DNA of 63,203 nt, counting the filler. It is 5 parts of 5 records of this genome, joined end to end, with 100 filler letters (N's around TTAATTAATTAA, not from the genome) between each part and the next. Parts side by side here need not be neighbours in the genome. Positions count along the whole stretch, not along the records: positions 56,672 to 63,203 come from SRR20825019_1288; 4 more parts are not named here. The stretch is one strand, 5' to 3'. Positions 60,882-63,203 of this stretch are shown here, piece after piece. The translations under genes and the position numbers were made by a program. Positions within the stretch are counted from its first letter, which is position 1; each line of letters begins with the position of its first letter. The notes beneath the pieces are model-generated. The model saw only the letters and a list, made by a program, of their open reading frames with translations. It made no database searches and had not been told where the DNA came from.

Positions 60882-62877
60882 TCACTCATGAAGTGAGGGC
60901 ATCTTCGATATACGGGGGCTGGTTATGCTGTACGCCGACGAACCACGAGTCAAGGAAGTTATCCCGACGTGCCGGACAGGAGCCGACTTCTTGCCATTAT
61001 CATACATCTTATTCGTTCCAACGTTCGCAGTAGAGTGACTATGCTTGTGTATGGCCGAGCCAATGTTGAGGAAGATGTCGTTATTCTCAATTGTTCCCCT
61101 TCCGTGCTCATGAATCCACACACCATACCAGTGGCCGTGGTGAATACGGTTGTTGGTGACTGTTGGGTCGGCGTTGGTGTCTATCTCTACCCCTGCCCCA
61201 CGAGTATCACTGATATCGTTATGGGAAACAGTGCCTTTTGCGCCATGCCACAACCAAATGCCGCACATGCCCCCGCAGCTTATTGTGTTGTACTGCACCA
61301 ACGGATCCGACCCATCACTGATGCGAATACCAGCCTTGTTGTGAGAGGATATTCTGTTACTCTTAATTGCTCCTTTTCCATTCCTACACAACACGAGTCG
61401 TTACTCGGGGGTATCCCACGCCAGTCGCCAAATTACCTATGAATTGCTATGCCTTCTACACAGCCATGCGCCACAGAGTTGTTAGTGACAGAAGGATCGG
61501 CTCCCAGAGATATGCTTATTCCGCAGTTCCTGCTCCGCACAATCTCATTGTCTTCAACAACTCCCGTCGCATTATCAAAAACGTGGATTCCATACGATTT
61601 AGCTGCAAGTAGGAACACGTTAGATCCTGACCCACGCAGAAGCGGCCAGACATACAGTCTGTGATAACATTTCTCCGCACGACGGGGTTTGCCATGCAGC
61701 ATATTGCAATGCAGGCCCCTCCTTGCGCAGATATCCTATTCTCTTCATAAATTCCTCCTGATCCTTCCCCGCTGATAACAATACCCTCGGTCTGCCCTTT
61801 GCATATCTAGCAATACAATAGTAAGTCAAAATATACATAAGACCTTTGTGTGATCAATTCGTTACACACTTTGTTCTTCGTTGCGGTGGGTCTTGCGCCA
61901 TCACTAACAACAACAGATGCGCCTCCACAGCTGTGCACAGTATTCTCCTGAAGGATAGGCGCGGCTATAAGCAAATACTTAGTTGAATATCTAAATTCAT
62001 TGTTGGCCACTAATTTTTCAGTACCTTCTTCTCGCATGAAGATGCCAATGCCCTGTTCATTTCTAATAATACAATTCGATATATGGGGAACGCTCTTATC
62101 CAGTATTTCTATGGCCGACAGTCCATTTCGACAATATATTTCACAACGGGACATCCGACACGCTGTCTTATTGACAAGCACGAGGGTGGCCTGGGCCTTC
62201 TCTGTTTGCTTCCTGTGGTTCTCAAGATGCAATCCATCCAACACAACTTTCAAGCATGCATCAGAGACTCGACGCGCAGACGACGGTGGGTGTATTCTCC
62301 TTACCATTCTTTGCAGAGCACATTACTGAGTAGGTTTCGTCACTCACTATGACGACGGGGTCTACTCCTCTTCCCACTATGGTGACGTCCTTGGTGATCA
62401 TGATATGTTCCCTGCGGATCACCTTCAACATACATTACCAACCAACTATATCATGGTGAATGCACCTGTATATCCCGCTCTTCACATAAATGGTGGCACC
62501 AGGAGCTGCGTTCTGCAAGGCATATGACAGAGTTTGGTACACCCCGGAAGTGTAACTGTCGTTTGCATCAACATGCAGCTCATTCTTCAACGTATCGTCA
62601 GTCTGCGACATATTTAGCTGCAAGAATGACTGAACCACTCAAGATCGGAACGTACGGGCAGAGTCCACTGAGTATGCTGAGTATTGATATTCAAGTAATA
62701 TATCCGTTGAGTATTCTCATCAACGCGGGCCTCCCAGCCTAAGGGCAACTTCACTGACAAAGATCGCAGCCCATCACTCTCGTGATCGAGTCTTTCAACG
62801 GCATAGTTCAGGGACCCGTTGTTCAGGGTGCGGTCGAGCTCTGGTCCGGGTTGCCAACTGTCCACACCTTCGGCCAT
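60882..62877 (-). CDS. Eukaryotic WW-domain + right-handed beta-helix (PbH1/CASH, FBXO11-like repeats) protein, 8 exons
   Basis: Exons 62877-62656, 62617-62466, 62411-62305, 62246-62025, 61964-61870, 61806-61656, 61602-61437 and 61383-60882 join to 538 aa. WW domain LPLGWEARVDENTQRIYYLNINTQHTQWTLP, then APGATIYVKSGIYREHI and repeated GIxI...P...NxI coils. An extra 3' exon is possible. Confidence 0.82.
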
Positions 62878-63203
62878 TTTCACTCACTAGTTTTAACCAA
62901 GCCCTACCACTACTTCGAAGACTATTGCCATTGTCAGTTTACTCTATGGTGACCTTTCAAGGATGTGAGTGGACGGCCGGATAGTGAGAGGAGCTGAATC
63001 GCTAGGAGGAAGCTTGGCCGGCTCACATCACTGAATACCTTCTCAGCAGGTGAAAGCCCAAACCCGTACACCCCACAGAAACACTCTCGACACTACTCTT
63101 CGTCAGTTGTTCGAGTGTCATTGGCCACTGTGGGGAGTCTCTGGTGACTCAAGGCTGATGGTCCCGGCTCGATCCGGCGGGGCGGGGCGGGGGGGGGGGG
63201 GGG

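Noticed and set aside
62326-62347. GTGAGT donor-like site inside exon 3 of the WW gene
   Set aside because: Reading through it gives an open, sensible frame (VVIVSDETYSVMCSAKN) to the GTAAGG donor at 62304, whereas splicing to the nearest AG gives an immediate stop.
63178-63203. G-rich end as a G-quadruplex or telomere
   Set aside because: A terminal poly-G run at a sequence end is a common sequencing artefact, and there is no regular telomeric repeat.

Overview
This window is not one locus. It is five unrelated contigs joined by four identical 100-nt spacers (44 N + TTAATTAATTAA + 44 N), as in a concatenated metagenome assembly. (1) 1-8179: GC-rich Rhizobiales-type alphaproteobacterial DNA (yejB, yejA, mepA, glk, ABC exporter, dapB, start of gpmA). 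(2) 8280-21889: Flavobacteriaceae-type DNA with a 7TM-DISM hybrid histidine kinase, a collagen-motif lipoprotein and an uncharacterised YHS-DinB-NRDE-ATP-grasp cluster. That cluster converges on gpx-DoxX-ypdA-rpe and is followed by a serine hydrolase and a sugar-acid dehydratase/GntP pair with a LacI-type operator. (3) 21990-43978: extremely AT-rich Rickettsiaceae-like DNA (tRNA-Glu, tRNA-Arg, exoD, DUF2748-like, tolB, trmB, malic enzyme, psd, pssA, emrAB, mnhE/F, ubiH, an AAA-ATPase/PD-(D/E)XK gene, lpxC, erpA, dgt, argS, SPOR). (4) 44079-56571: a second Flavobacteriaceae contig with the tail of a cytochrome c oxidase cluster, a MacAB-TolC-type export operon and tsaB. (5) 56672-63203: compact eukaryotic DNA with three spliced genes that the ORF track fragments, containing 17 GT-AG introns of 38-63 nt. 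They encode a secreted Gly/Met-rich precursor, an F-box/LRR protein and a WW + right-handed beta-helix protein. The best candidate for an undescribed system is the YHS-DinB-NRDE-ATP-grasp cluster. All family calls come from motif recognition by eye; no database search was run.
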